Source: Pecten maximus
Lineage: Eukaryota
Direction of reading: 5' to 3'
Assembly (NCBI RefSeq): GCF_902652985.1
Contig: NC_047033.1
Coordinates: forward strand, 6,200,001 to 6,264,000
Length of the DNA stretch: 64,000 bases
Part shown: one piece after another, positions 44,742-57,109 of the stretch
How positions within the stretch are numbered: the first letter of the stretch is position 1
Layout of the letters: each line of letters begins with the position of its first letter
Notes under the pieces: generated by a model
The model's database searches: none
What the model was told of the DNA's origin: nothing
Seen by the model: the letters and a program-made list of their open reading frames with translations, nothing else
Made by a program: the position numbers and the translations under genes

Positions 44742-47700
44742 ACCTAAATGCCAAAATAATCAAAGGAAGATATTTCTTCGACCAACCTCAGATTATTCGT
44801 CTATGATCAAATGAGCACAATCTAGATTTTGTATTCCTATGGTGCGGTTAGTTGTGGATTTTACTTTACAATATCAAGCCAAATTGAAATAACTCCTTCT
44901 TTCTTAACAGTGTCAACATAAACTATGAATACATACAGTATAGCAATATGATTCAGGACAATATTTTATTTTTTTACACAAAAATCTGCTTTGTTTTTTA
45001 TCGAATTATATCGTTGTGTGACAATCAGAGCCACTGTTTGCTCAATCGGGCTAATGGGTCGTATATTTATATTTGCGTCAAACATTTCGATCCTTACTCA
45101 AGTATGCCTTTCCCAGGAAGTCGAGATCACGAAGTGGTTTATGATGTCATGTGTCACTTGTGTAATACACACTGAAGCGTTTTGCATTGGCTGTGCCAAT
45201 CAGAAATCGATTATGACGTCATAAAATGGACAATGAAGTGACGTCATGAACTTTGAATGGGGCAAAAAATGGCTTTCTTTGTTAATTTATCGTTGATTAA
45301 GCCCTTAGCATTTTGATGTTTAACGTGTGAACTTTCTAAAATAAGTATCTAAAATTTGTTTTCCTTTGTAACTATTTAATTTGTCATACGGAGAGCTACT
45401 TAGTTATGTGGGTATGTTCATACCAGAATGAAGATGTTTCGGGATTATAATTCAGTATTCATAAGTATCACTATCTTACAATAACACAGGCTGGTAGCGA
45501 TTTCACTAAGATATGAATACTCAATATCAAACTACTTTTTACCTTTTTAGGCTTCTTGAAAATAATATTTATTATAATATTTCGTCATCAAAGGCTTATA
45601 CCAATCACATAGCTGTAAACTACTTCACTGTACTATTATATAATCTAGCAATTATCTGATATGAAACCAGTCTGAAATTCTTACTTTGTCGATTGCCGCA
45701 TTACTACTGCTAACCGTTCTTTCGCCTCGGGGTCATGTACCCAATGTTCGGGCATAGCGTTCGGAATGTTACCGTGCAACATGACGTTAGAGGGCGCATA
45801 ATTCAACATAGAATCTATAAAACGAGGCCAAAATATTAACGAAAGATTTGCATGTAGATACAATAATGTACTTCAAAAAGTACAAGGAGGATAACAACAC
45901 GTGTTCCAAAAGAGCAAGCGTCCTATGCTTCATCGACGACATTCATTAAAGGCAAATAAACAAGCATCGAACATGTCTACCATCATATTTAATGGAAAGG
46001 TATATTATTTCCGAATGAGATTATCTTCTCGACCATAAAACAAATTTTTCATCAACCTCCACCTCTCAAAACCCTGCGTTGTAATTTTCTCCGTAAGTGA
46101 TCAACATCTGTAACGGAAATCGTGACAATGGGAACAGGGAACGATGCAATCATAGTTAATACGTAAATGGCGAGAGTAAGATATAAATTCCATTCTACGT
46201 TATGCCTTGGTAATATAATTTCATCTTTTATTAAATTTTATGCATTTTAGGTGTCATCAAAATTATCGATACTTTTTTTATAATCACGCAGTTAAAAGTA
46301 TAAGGCGATCTTTATTTATACATGCAAATGTCAGGAGTAAAGAGGGTCATTTATACAGGTAAAAACGACCTTTTCTTGTGTGTAAAAGGGTGTGCTTATA
46401 TAATGTGTGTAGAGCATATACAAAGTGTATGTGAAAGCTGATTGTCAACGATGATAACATATTATCTCGTTTTGAATCCCATTTCTTTATTATTTTATTT
46501 TTGATTAAATCTTTCAAGGTTTTGTTACAAGGGCACATACTCGTAGAAATAATTTCAATTACAAACACGTGATGAACTTTTAAAGGTCAGCACACACTTC
46601 CGTAATATACCGGCAGTTGTTGATGTTCCTATTCAAGGAAAATCATACCAATCGTCGTAGATTGTGAAAGGTTGATTGAGGACAAGTGTGCAGGTACCAT
46701 GTGCCAGTTTCCATATCGAAGGAATCACCGTAAAATCATCCACAATAGGGGTCATTGACTGATGTGATTTACCGTTCTGTCACTGGATGATATTTTGTAT
46801 AAAGATTGCATATTTTCAATTTTCTATCAATGATAGGAAGAATTTCTTCCGCAATCTTGCTTCATATCATCAACACGTACGCTGCAGGTTTTTTTATGGC
46901 AAACATTTATGGTCAACGTGGACACAGTAAGCTAGGTAGTTGATGGACGCACACATAAATTTGCCTATATAACCATATCTAGCATTACTTATCCTTAACT
47001 GAAATGACATTAAAAGAAGTGTGAAGTTTGACATTCAAACCAAACTGGTTTTAAGGAGGCCAATAGCGACAGAAAATATCGACACTAAAGCAAAACTGTA
47101 ATTCTAACTAGAAATCAGGAAAACGAATGAAAATTACGAAAAAAAATATATTTGCAAGGAGACCCCATTAAAAATATACAGGGAGAATACGAACAAGTAA
47201 GCTCCTTCTCCTTCATCACCTACGATATGCAGAGTGAGTCCACTCTGATAGGAAATCATTTTTGGTACCCGACATGACTTTCAGGAAATGAACAGTTGGT
47301 TAACATATAGGACAGAAAGAAACATATAACTATAGATTTTGATATCTAACTGATTTCATATTTTTCTGTTTTTGATAAAAGGACTTACTTGGGTAACTTG
47401 AAATTAGCTGGACAGTATTTGATGAAACACGTTACTTATAAATGTATTGACACCCAGCATCACCTGATTTTCTACGATATGATTAAAACATACATGGAAG
47501 GATGTGATCATACTACCATCAATGAAAGTTGGTAGTCTGCTGGGCAATTAAGCTAGATACATTTTATACACGGAGAGCAGCATGGAAACATAATTTGCAA
47601 CGTCATAAACTTCTGACATGCTAGCTCTTCCACTTACGCAGACGTCTCCGTCACTTGGAGTCTTTAACATTACTGACCGGAACGGCGATATAAATAAGTT

Positions 47701-47749
47701 TAATTCATCTTTGACTGTAGCTGTATCTGAGCCTTGATATTTATTGAAA

Positions 47750-48620
47750 TATGCCAATGCTGTGTGTGTCTTTTTCTCAATCCTTCATTAAAATCAATGT
47801 ACTTATAATGGGGAACACAGCTTACTTATATTACCCTTTATGTGCAGTTATCTTTCTAGTGCATTTACCCTGCCCATACGAGATCCGTCATGGCGGCAGC
47901 TTGTGAGGCATTATTTATGATCTCCGTTACAATGCGATACGACCAGTCACGGGTCTGGATGTATAGTAGCCACTATGAGTTGGGCAGCTCCCAGTGGAGC
48001 CTTAAATTGACCGTTTTATTTATTTGTCGAATTACAGGAGTATAACCAATTTTTTAGTTGCTCTAATATTGTCCTGTCTTTCTGCCCAAACATGCTTTTT
48101 CGTTTTGTCTCATTTCGAAATCCTAAGCTATGTTTGTGGATGGGCTAGGTTAATTCATTTTACATGGTTATCTGCATTTGTTTTTATGTTTCTCTGTCCA
48201 TATCACTTTAATGCTGAGATAAGAGATCAACGATAGCTACAGTTAAATACGTGTAAGTTGGCATTTCTTTACTCTTAGTTGTCATTATATGTATAAAAAC
48301 TACAAACTTACTTTTGGCGCCAACAGAAACATGGTATGGTGGACGTCTCTCTTATTTCACAAACATTCGTCGTTTTATTTGGTTTTGTTGTCCCAGTCGT
48401 TTTGATTTTGTGTTTATTCACTACATGACCTCTACATCTATTGCTGCCAACAAGTCTAACGTGATTGTCTTCATCAAAATATCAACAGTCATGGGGTTTA
48501 GTTGGAGTGTCGGCATTGTGGCAATACTGTCTCAGTCCGATGTACTTCATTTAGTTTTTGAAGCGCTCAAGTCGTGTCAAGACATTTCATAACAGCTATT
48601 TCAGCAGATCAAATGCATGT
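47750..48620 (+). pseudogene. Disrupted family-2 (adhesion/Methuselah-like) GPCR 7TM remnant
   Basis: Fragments VCGWARLIHFTWLSAFVFM (TM3-like) and VIVFIKISTVMGFSWSVGIVA...LVFEALKSCQ (TM6-7-like) in broken frames; limits approximate. Confidence 0.6.
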
Positions 48621-50989
48621 CATCAGCAGAACATGCTTCGTCTTGAACAAACGTGTTGTTTCAGTAAGTGGAGAAGGGCTCCATGTCATATCACATCTTG
48701 TGTAACCGATATATTCTTCGATTCGAGAAAGTTTCGGATATCAAAGTCGCTGTAATTTACCAGGCGTATTGAAATGCCTTACTTTTGTCCTTTAGTTGAG
48801 CGTGTACTCCAGTGAGTAAGGCGTGATGTCCTTTCCACTGTCAGTGATATACCAAAGCCAGTAGAAATGGTAGTTTCTATTCTTGTTAGAGCTCGGAAGT
48901 TTTTAGAGTTGGGCGGCTGGTTTAATGTTGTCAGCATGATGTAACAGATATAGGTGTCCTATTTGGTGTCTTCGGAAGTATGTTTCAGTGAGGAAGTAGT
49001 AGTCTTCATCAGTTACGCGCTACACGAAAGTACAAACACAACCATACCACAGTCCCAAAAGCACACACACATTTACCATACTTAAGCTTCTGACACAAAG
49101 GGCGACCGTCCTTAAATGACATTAGATGTTGATAGGGTATTTAACAATACAACCCCCCCCCCCCAAAAAAAAAAAATCCAAAAATAATTAACTCGGATTA
49201 AAACAGTATATTAAAGGGAGATATAATGGGTACTTGATAGGACACATCAAAGTTATAATAGATAAAACAGGAAAGAAATGAGTCGTTATAATTTTAGATG
49301 TTTCCAAAATTTGCGATATTTCAAACACAACTATTTATCATATAATCTTTAGTAACATTCGGAAATAATCATTTTGTTTCCCTTAGTTATTATGCCTTTC
49401 ATAGATCTTTGACCTCTATACCCGATACATTTAAGTGGATTCATGCATATACGTGTGGTTTGTTAGAGACGTATTCACTCCTGGGCTTGTTACCAACATC
49501 AACTTCTTAACAGACATCACACTTCTATCAATGATTGTCAACCATTATATATATTAGCCTCAACACCTGACCAAGTCCTCTCTCCACTTTTTCCTTACGG
49601 TATCCATTTACATCTTACTGTTATGGTAAGTCTAGCCTCTTTTACATGACCTATTTACTACTGGGATTTACATATGGTCCCGATATCAATGTATTATCCA
49701 TATCATTAACCCACTAAAATGATTAAACTGTATAATTTGAAATTATTTTCCACTTTAACCAATAAATGGATAACATTTCATATTATGGGTGAAGGTATAT
49801 CTATAAATGTTGTTTCATGCCAAAATATTGTAATTTTACCAACAGAGCTTAACTCATTATCGTAAATGTCTTCATGTCCTGTAATAAACTTCATTAGTAA
49901 TTCTGGATAAGCCAGATAATTCACCGCCCTGCTGTAAAATATTTGATCTAGTAAACAACGTTAACTGATAGGGTAAAAAAGGATTGACTATAAAGTTTGT
50001 TTTGTCTCTTATTATTGATATCCTCTTAGTCGTTTGCATCAATTTAATAACTTGTTTGTTCTGTAATATGATAGTATTGTGTTTCGTTATTGTATGTACA
50101 ACAGAGCATTTAATACCGACATAAAGTGGAAGTCCGCTATCACACCATCTATATTAAATTCTGATTCTGTTTTGCGTGCTTTAAATACTACATTTATTAT
50201 CACAGAAATATGTAAAGGTCACGATATATGGTGCCGAAGGATGCTAGCTCGTATGACAAAACCTCTTTATACTTGTAATAAAGATGTACTAAAACTGACG
50301 ACCTTATACATGTAGCAATTGATAAGCTAAATTAATCTGTGTTCCATTGGTTAATCTATGTTACCAAGTTACAAGTTGTTGTACAGTTCAAAATAAAGTC
50401 CGAAACTGTAATAACACTGTTTTGTATCATTTGTTAATTGTGCATATTTTTTTAAATTTTGTTAAGGTTTTGAAATAATGTTCAAATACCTGCACGCCTT
50501 TAGTCCTATGGAAGCCACGTGTTATCTGTAATCGCAGCGGTGCCGACCTGCGACGCTGAAATAAATTCAAACAATTGCCTTCATCGTCATCATATTTATC
50601 GGGACTATCTTATTTCAAAGACCCAACCATACAAGGTTTATTTTAACATTTTATAGCCTGAATGGCAAAAAGGAAATAACAAATTAAAGCAACACGTCAA
50701 TGGTTATCGACTTGTAAAATCAAAGGGTTAAAGAATCATGCATTAACCTTTTTTCCTAAAACATTTGTTTTGAAAGAGTTTATGGCCTAATAAATAATAC
50801 TAAAAAACAAATAATCGTCTGCTTATTTCTCATAAAAAATTTAAATTTAATATTAAAAAAAACAACTTGTTCCATACTGAAACAGTATGGCCTGTACTAT
50901 GATTCTTTGATGTTAATGGTAAGGGATTTTTCGATTATTTCATCATAACCGAATACATTTTGATGACTTATGTTGTCCTGTCACAAAAC

Positions 50990-51723
50990 AAGGGTACCCT
51001 ACGCCGTTTCCTGATTCAAATCAGTAGCTTGTGTGCACATCATTGACACCAGTCGCTGCTCTTACTCTCAATAACGTTGTCCCCATCAATTTGTTTATTG
51101 CCCTTTGAGGGATATTATTGCACTCCTGAGTTGAGCGACGTTATATGGGACGTTGACGCGCTTCCTAACCCCTGTCTAGCTCGTCCCACAAATGCGCGAT
51201 TGGGGACACATTTGGACTGTATGGTGATCAATCAGAACTGGACATCGTATTGAGTCAGAAAGTCACTACAAACCCGTAGCAACTTGGGACTTCGCGTTGT
51301 CCTGCTGCAATGTAAGGTTACGTTGATGGATAAGAGGATAGATGTGTGGTCTCAAGACCTGGTCCCGATATCTAACTGCTGTAAGATTACCATGGATAAC
51401 CACGAGAGGTGTTTTCACGCCTTGATATATCCCTGCCGGATCGCAAACGCTGTAAAGCGAGACTCGTCAACACGCGTCTTCAATGGGCCAAACCAAAGCG
51501 ACTAGGGGAATGTGCAAGAAGTCACTGCATTCGAGGTTGGCGTAGCCTCGGAGTAAGTGGCAGACCCATATAGAGTCGTCATGGCCTTAAATGAAACTTG
51601 ATGTCGCCATCTGAAATCGGTTACGGAGGTGCGAGAGACGTATGCCTCTATCCTGACGTCACGACGTAATGCGTGGGTGTCAGCTCCTTGGACGGTCACT
51701 CAATCTCCCTGTGACTCTGATAC
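50990..51723 (-). mobile_element. Degenerate Tc1-like transposase, interrupted by the 51724-53678 element and resuming at ~53679-53750
   Basis: RVTGRLSDRPRS*HPRITS*RQDRGIRLSHLRNRF, LQQDNA, PYSPNVSPIAHLWDELDR; the HTH part QQYGVHETTISR lies beyond the insertion. Confidence 0.8.
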
Positions 51724-53678
51724 ATAAGCAAAACCACCCATATGTGTTGATCTGTCGAGTCGGATCGCCCGAGTTTCTTGCGCGGAGGAAAATATCACGA
51801 GTGTGCGGAGCACACGAGTGATATTTTTCCTCCGCGCAAGAAACGAGGGCGATCCGACTCGACAGATCAACACATATGGGTGGTTTTGCTTTTATCACAT
51901 ACCTTTATTAATTACAACTTTCCTTAATTATGAAATCCATTTGCGGTTTCAAGTGACGTCACATCATTATGTATTATTTTCGTTTTCGATGAAGAAAAAA
52001 AATCGTCATCTCGTCATCATAAGTTCGCCAACTGAGTAAAAGTGTAGGCCTAGTTGACAGATCTAGCCAGTTTACACTTATCAATATTTTTGTACTGATT
52101 ACCTCCTTTCTGTTTTCAAACTGATAATGTAAAGGAAAATCACAACACTAATTGATGCAAAATCATTTATTTGCAATCAGATAACGTTTATATGTTAATA
52201 AATTCTCCCAACTGTCAGTGAAAGTGTTCGGCATTTTTTAATTATGATTTAAAATACAACATCGTTTACTTCAAGCAGCAAAATTTACAAATACTGTTTA
52301 ATTTAATTTGATTTAGCATTAGTTAAGCATGGATATAGTAAAAAAAAAATCAAATTAAACCTATATATCGATGGCATCAAACACATTCTCCATACCTAGA
52401 CATATACATTATGTAGCTAATGTGCTGTCGTTGAGCGACTACGTCACAGCGCGTGCAATTCAATCACATAAACAAGCGACATGTCACAGCGAGTCATCGT
52501 CAGAGTCAGTGATTGGTAGGATTCTACGATATTTCCTAGGAGGAGATATAACTTGAGAGGAAGATTGGGAAGATATTTGAAAGGAAATGTTAAATGTGCC
52601 GCCAGTAATATTTGCCCCAGATAACATTCCCGTGGCAAGATTTTGACAATCTCCAAATGACCTTGGCATTGGATTTTTCACTGGTTCGACCACGTTTTCA
52701 TTTCTGGAATTTCTCTTTGCCACTTCACTACGAGAAATTGTCGATCGGACAGACTTTGTTGACAAAGATGTTTCGGGGACATTTTGTAGAAGTTCGCACA
52801 TTTATCGTTGCTGCTGCATGGTTGCCACTGTATAATTATTCACACTGTTGACATTTTTATGACCATGAGTGATGATTGTTGTCGGTGCTACGCCAGAATG
52901 CAAAAGTTTTGTGCACAGAGTTTTTCGGAGGGATTGGTTGGTCTTTTTCCCAAGAGGACCGGCATTGTTTGCCATGGTTTTCATCATATCAGAAAGCTTG
53001 TTTTTCCCCACTGACTGATTTTTAAACCAACGTTTACCGTTTTCGTTGTGATTGACAGCAAGATAAAAGGGAGATTCTGCAGTGTTCATTTCGTGTGGCC
53101 TGTGTTTCGCGTAAAGTTTAAATGATTTGATTGGACATCTGGATGAATTCTCGGGATTTACAAAAAGTTTTGGATTAAATGACCTCTGGTGAGTTGAATT
53201 GCCTCCACGAGTTTTCGTTGATCTTTCATTAAATTGCTCGTTACCACTTCATCAAATATAATATCATGAAGAATTTCAAAGTTAACGTCCGAAAGTTCCA
53301 TGTTATGATGATAGACTATGAGCTATCAAACAGACTAGCAGGCGACAGAAATGTCGGAGGACAATATTTACTCAAGAGAAATAAACGTACATTTAAAATA
53401 TTCAAGTAATTGATTTTTACTTGTAATTAAATGCATTTATTTAAAAAAAATGTTTTCATAATTTGTAATCAATGTTGTAAGATACAGCTTCACTTTATTT
53501 CTTCCAATGAACTGTCTATTTTTAGTTTCATGGAAAAGGGAATTCCTCTTAAAAGTAGTTCCGGCTAGTATGGTGATACAACATCTTGTATCACACATGT
53601 GTGATACAAACCGACAGAAAACAATCACCGAAATTTGTTGTATCACTATTGTTAGATTACATAGGTATGTGATAAATA
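51724..53678 (-). mobile_element. Hairpin-ended Crypton-like element with a tyrosine-recombinase remnant
   Basis: 166-bp hairpin 51726-51891; TTTATCACATACCT (51891-51904) is inverted at 53663-53676; echo palindrome 53586-53609; ATA at both junctions; YR remnant inside. Confidence 0.88.
52484..53240 (-). pseudogene. Crypton/DUF3504-type tyrosine recombinase C-terminal remnant
   Basis: ERSTKTRGG, PFYLAVN, WFKNQSVGKNKL, KTNQSLRKT (degenerate NHSLR), GHKNVNSVNNY (catalytic His/Tyr region); internal stop and deletion. Confidence 0.82.
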
Positions 53679-54249
53679 CAACTTAACGGGATATTGTTGT
53701 CTCATGTACACCATATTGCTGTACAATCGCGCTTCGAACCACACATTACAGTGTAGGGGGGGGGGAGGGGGGATCACAATAAAAAATGATTTGAATACTT
53801 GTTTGTTCGTGGGTATCAAATTTTTGTTCAGCGACCTATCATTACTTTTGAATTTTCATAACTTAGGGTTGGTTCTGTCATGTGACAAAGTTTAACGAAA
53901 ATATAAATTTTTTGAAATCATTTTGTTATTGTATTTATTTTATTCTAAATTTTACAGTTTTGTAAGAAAATATCTATTCTCAATAAGGTTTAATTGACTG
54001 TCAAATTTTTTTTTTGAAAAAATATTTTTTATACACTCCCGGATCAGAGACATCGTCACCAATATTGTAAGTTCATTGTGTATTGCAATGCACGTCAAAT
54101 AGTTTCTGTGTAAACCAATGTTTCAAAGGAATTTTATTACCTTGGTGGCATTGTTTTGGACGTGACAGTATGTGATTTTGCTTGCTTTTTATCGCACGCC
54201 GCATAATGATAACCGGGCTTCGGGTTCACTTTTACATTAAATATTAGCC

Positions 54250-54943
54250 GGATGTTGTCGTCACCAAAATTGCGAATGAAAGTTTACCTGCTATCCTGGA
54301 GAAATCTGCCTTCATCCTTGATGCTTCGGCCCCGGATGGCATACTTATGTATCTTCTTGCCAAACTTACGATTGCTAAGCACATAGAATATACTGTTCTG
54401 GAAACTTAACTTTCGGATATACCAACTTAATCGCCGATCAATTTAAAGAAAGCTCCATTAGCGAGAAATCGGAGGGTAAGAAGCACTTGCAGCTGTGATA
54501 GGGACTGATTCCTCCTTGTTGGTCTTGCAATAGCTGTGTCTATCAGACTTGTGGTATATACCAATGTAGGCATATCTAGCGAAAACCTGAAGCGACTAAA
54601 AGTTTTTTCACTTGACATTCTTCCGAGACTCACTCTGGGTAAAAACACACGATTTCTCCTTCCTTGTCCTCTTCTGCGTCTCAATCGACCTAAATTAGCC
54701 ATATTTGAGGTTGCTCTGTAGCTACAATGTACCTCAAATATTTGAGGAAAATCTCAAATTTATTTGAGGAAAACTGCATATTTTACTTTTGAACAAGTGG
54801 ATTTGAGGAAAAACTCAAAATTTGAGGTAAGTTGAGGTTAAGGAAGGGTTTTGCAAGCCATTTTCATGAATCTCATGTAATTTGAGGAAATCTTCAGATT
54901 TGAGGAAATCTCAACACTTAAGTATTTTTGTACAAGCGGGGCC
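54250..54943 (-). mobile_element. PIF/Harbinger transposon fragment (one terminus plus HARBI1-like N-terminus)
   Basis: ORF 54427-54702: SRFRF...RPTRRNQSL..LQVLLTLRFLANGAFFKLIGD; terminus GGCCCCGCTTGTACA at 54943; multiple TTTGAGGAAA subterminal repeats. Left limit uncertain. Confidence 0.75.
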
Positions 54944-56502
54944 AGGTTCATAATTAGAACCATCACTCTTCTGAAGAGAAAGCAAATAACCACCAATGTA
55001 TGTATCTAGTTCAAATAGCAGAATCTGAAGAACGTCCCTGCTGTCATACCTAGGAGGAGACTGAATCCACTCTTGAAATCTTTTAATACATCCCTCAGTT
55101 TTCTTAACAGTATTTTCATTTCTTTTACTCATTATATAATTTCTCAAATCGGAGATACCGGAAGTATACGTACAGGATGGAATCACGTCCGCGTCGTCTA
55201 TTTAAGATGAAACATGGGGTTCAGCCTCAGGGATGGGGTCAGAGGGAGGGGGAGCGCACGGTGCGATGGTTGATGAATGTGAATTGGGCCCCATTCCATT
55301 GCCGGATATTGCCATTTCATTACACATACATCCAGCTTCATGAATACTGGATTCATCACTTATGTCTGAATCCATCAGCAGATCATGCAAGATGTCAAAA
55401 TTGCCAGCAAATGCCATTGTAAACAAACCCTCTCAGGCTTCCGTAGCAGACGACAACTTGCTTCTATATTTACTGCCAACTTTATTTCTCTTTCTTAAAT
55501 GTTTATTTAGAAAGCCTAAGTAACGTCCATAACTCCGGAATTTTAATTAAAAAATATTTGTATGCTTCATTTTTTTTTTAAATCTCAAACTTTAAAAACT
55601 ATCCAAAAATATTTACCAATGCAATACCCGGATATGTTACGTGTCCAATGACAAGGGGATTTCCATAAAAAAATTGTTCCGGCTAGAAGGTAAATACAAC
55701 ATTCCGTATTGCAAATGTGCAATACAGACCATTGTATTTCATGGTATGGAAATTACTTGTATTACTATAATAAGATACAACAGGTATGTGTTAAAATACA
55801 ATACAATACAATACATAAAAGTGGCGTAGTGCAATGTAGTACAGTACAATACAGTATAGAGCAGTAATGTAATGTATCCCAGTACAATACAGAATAGTAG
55901 TGTAGTGTAGTGTATTGTGGTGTAGCACAGTACAGCACGGTATCGTACAGTACAGCACGGTATAGTACAGTACAGCACGGTATAGTACAGTACAGTACAG
56001 TACAGCACGGTATAGTACAGTACTGTACAGTACAGTACAGTACAGTACAGCAGGTATAGTACAGCACAGAACAGTACAGTACAGTACAGTACAGCAGGTA
56101 TAGTACAGCACAGCACATTGTAGTACAGTACAGTACAGCAGGTATAGTGCAGCACAGCACATTGCAGTACAACACGGTACAATAAAGTAAAGAACAGTAC
56201 ATAGCAGTACAACACGGTACAGTACAGTATTGCTCAGTACAGTACAGTACAGTACAGTACAGTGCAGATAACAACAGTACAGCAAAGTACAGTACAGTGC
56301 AGATAACAACAGTACAGCAAAGTACAGTACAGTACAGAGTACAGTACAGTGCATTACATAACAATACAGTGCATTACAGTACAGCACAGTGCAGCACGTC
56401 GTTTGTAAGCAGTGTTCTGATTGGTCGTCAGAAAAAGAGATATTTTTCACTTTTAATAGAATGAATAATGTTCGATATTTCACTGGTAAAAATGTAATGA
56501 AA
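54944..56502 (-). mobile_element. Truncated Crypton-like element (non-hairpin end plus recombinase N-terminus)
   Basis: ORF NENTVKKTEGCIKRFQEW...ELDTYIGGYLLSLQKSDGSNYEP, typical of the Crypton/DUF3504 N-terminal domain, cut by the Harbinger end; the right end is the reverse complement of the left end of 22781-23218. Confidence 0.78.
55795..56397. repeat. (AGTAC)n-type pentanucleotide microsatellite
   Basis: Long degenerate AGTAC/AGCAC/AATAC run; explains the Cys/Tyr-rich ORFs. Confidence 0.95.
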
Positions 56503-56830
56503 AGTCGTATGCAACTCAGTGGTGATTTATTGAGAGGGCAAAAGTTAATGAGTGAGTGTTAGGAAGCCTCTGGTGCTCATATTTTGATATTAATGTACAT
56601 GTGTTTGCGATATGAAGATCCGTAATTTTTATTTCAGGAGATGAGTTTGGTCTCTTTGTATGATCAACAAGGCATCGGCCTTGTGTGTAATTATGTTGAT
56701 CAAGAATAATATAATCTCTTACTAAACAAATAATTCATCCAAAATGAAAACTTTTTCAAACATGTACATGTTAAGTAAAGTTATATATATATATTTATAT
56801 ATGTATATGACATTTTCCGTAAAACATTAC

Positions 56831-57109
56831 ATATACAATATGACTGCCAATCAGCTTCACCACCCAATCCCGTTTGATTCTTGCTGAAGAGAAAGAGATA
56901 GAGAAGACACAATCAGTTGGATGACTTGATACGTCAGCGACTCACAATATTCGGCGCACTCTATCGCACACTCTACGACACTGTTGGTTTGTGTAACAGC
57001 TTCAGAATTCGATAATTTCAAACCTTCCGTATTCCTTATTTGACTGTAATCCGAGATGATAATAACAGTGGAACCACACACTTAACGACATTGTGAGGAG
57101 AAACATCAT
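56831..57109 (-). pseudogene. Orphan disrupted PAN-domain exon of the lectin family
   Basis: QTNSVVECAIECAEYCESLTY homologous to 44447-44741; frameshifts and a stop; donor at 56830; no downstream CTLD exons seen nearby. Confidence 0.8.

Noticed and set aside
55739-56483. Cys/Tyr-rich ORFs of 158-230 aa
   Set aside because: Translations of an (AGTAC)n microsatellite, open in three frames.
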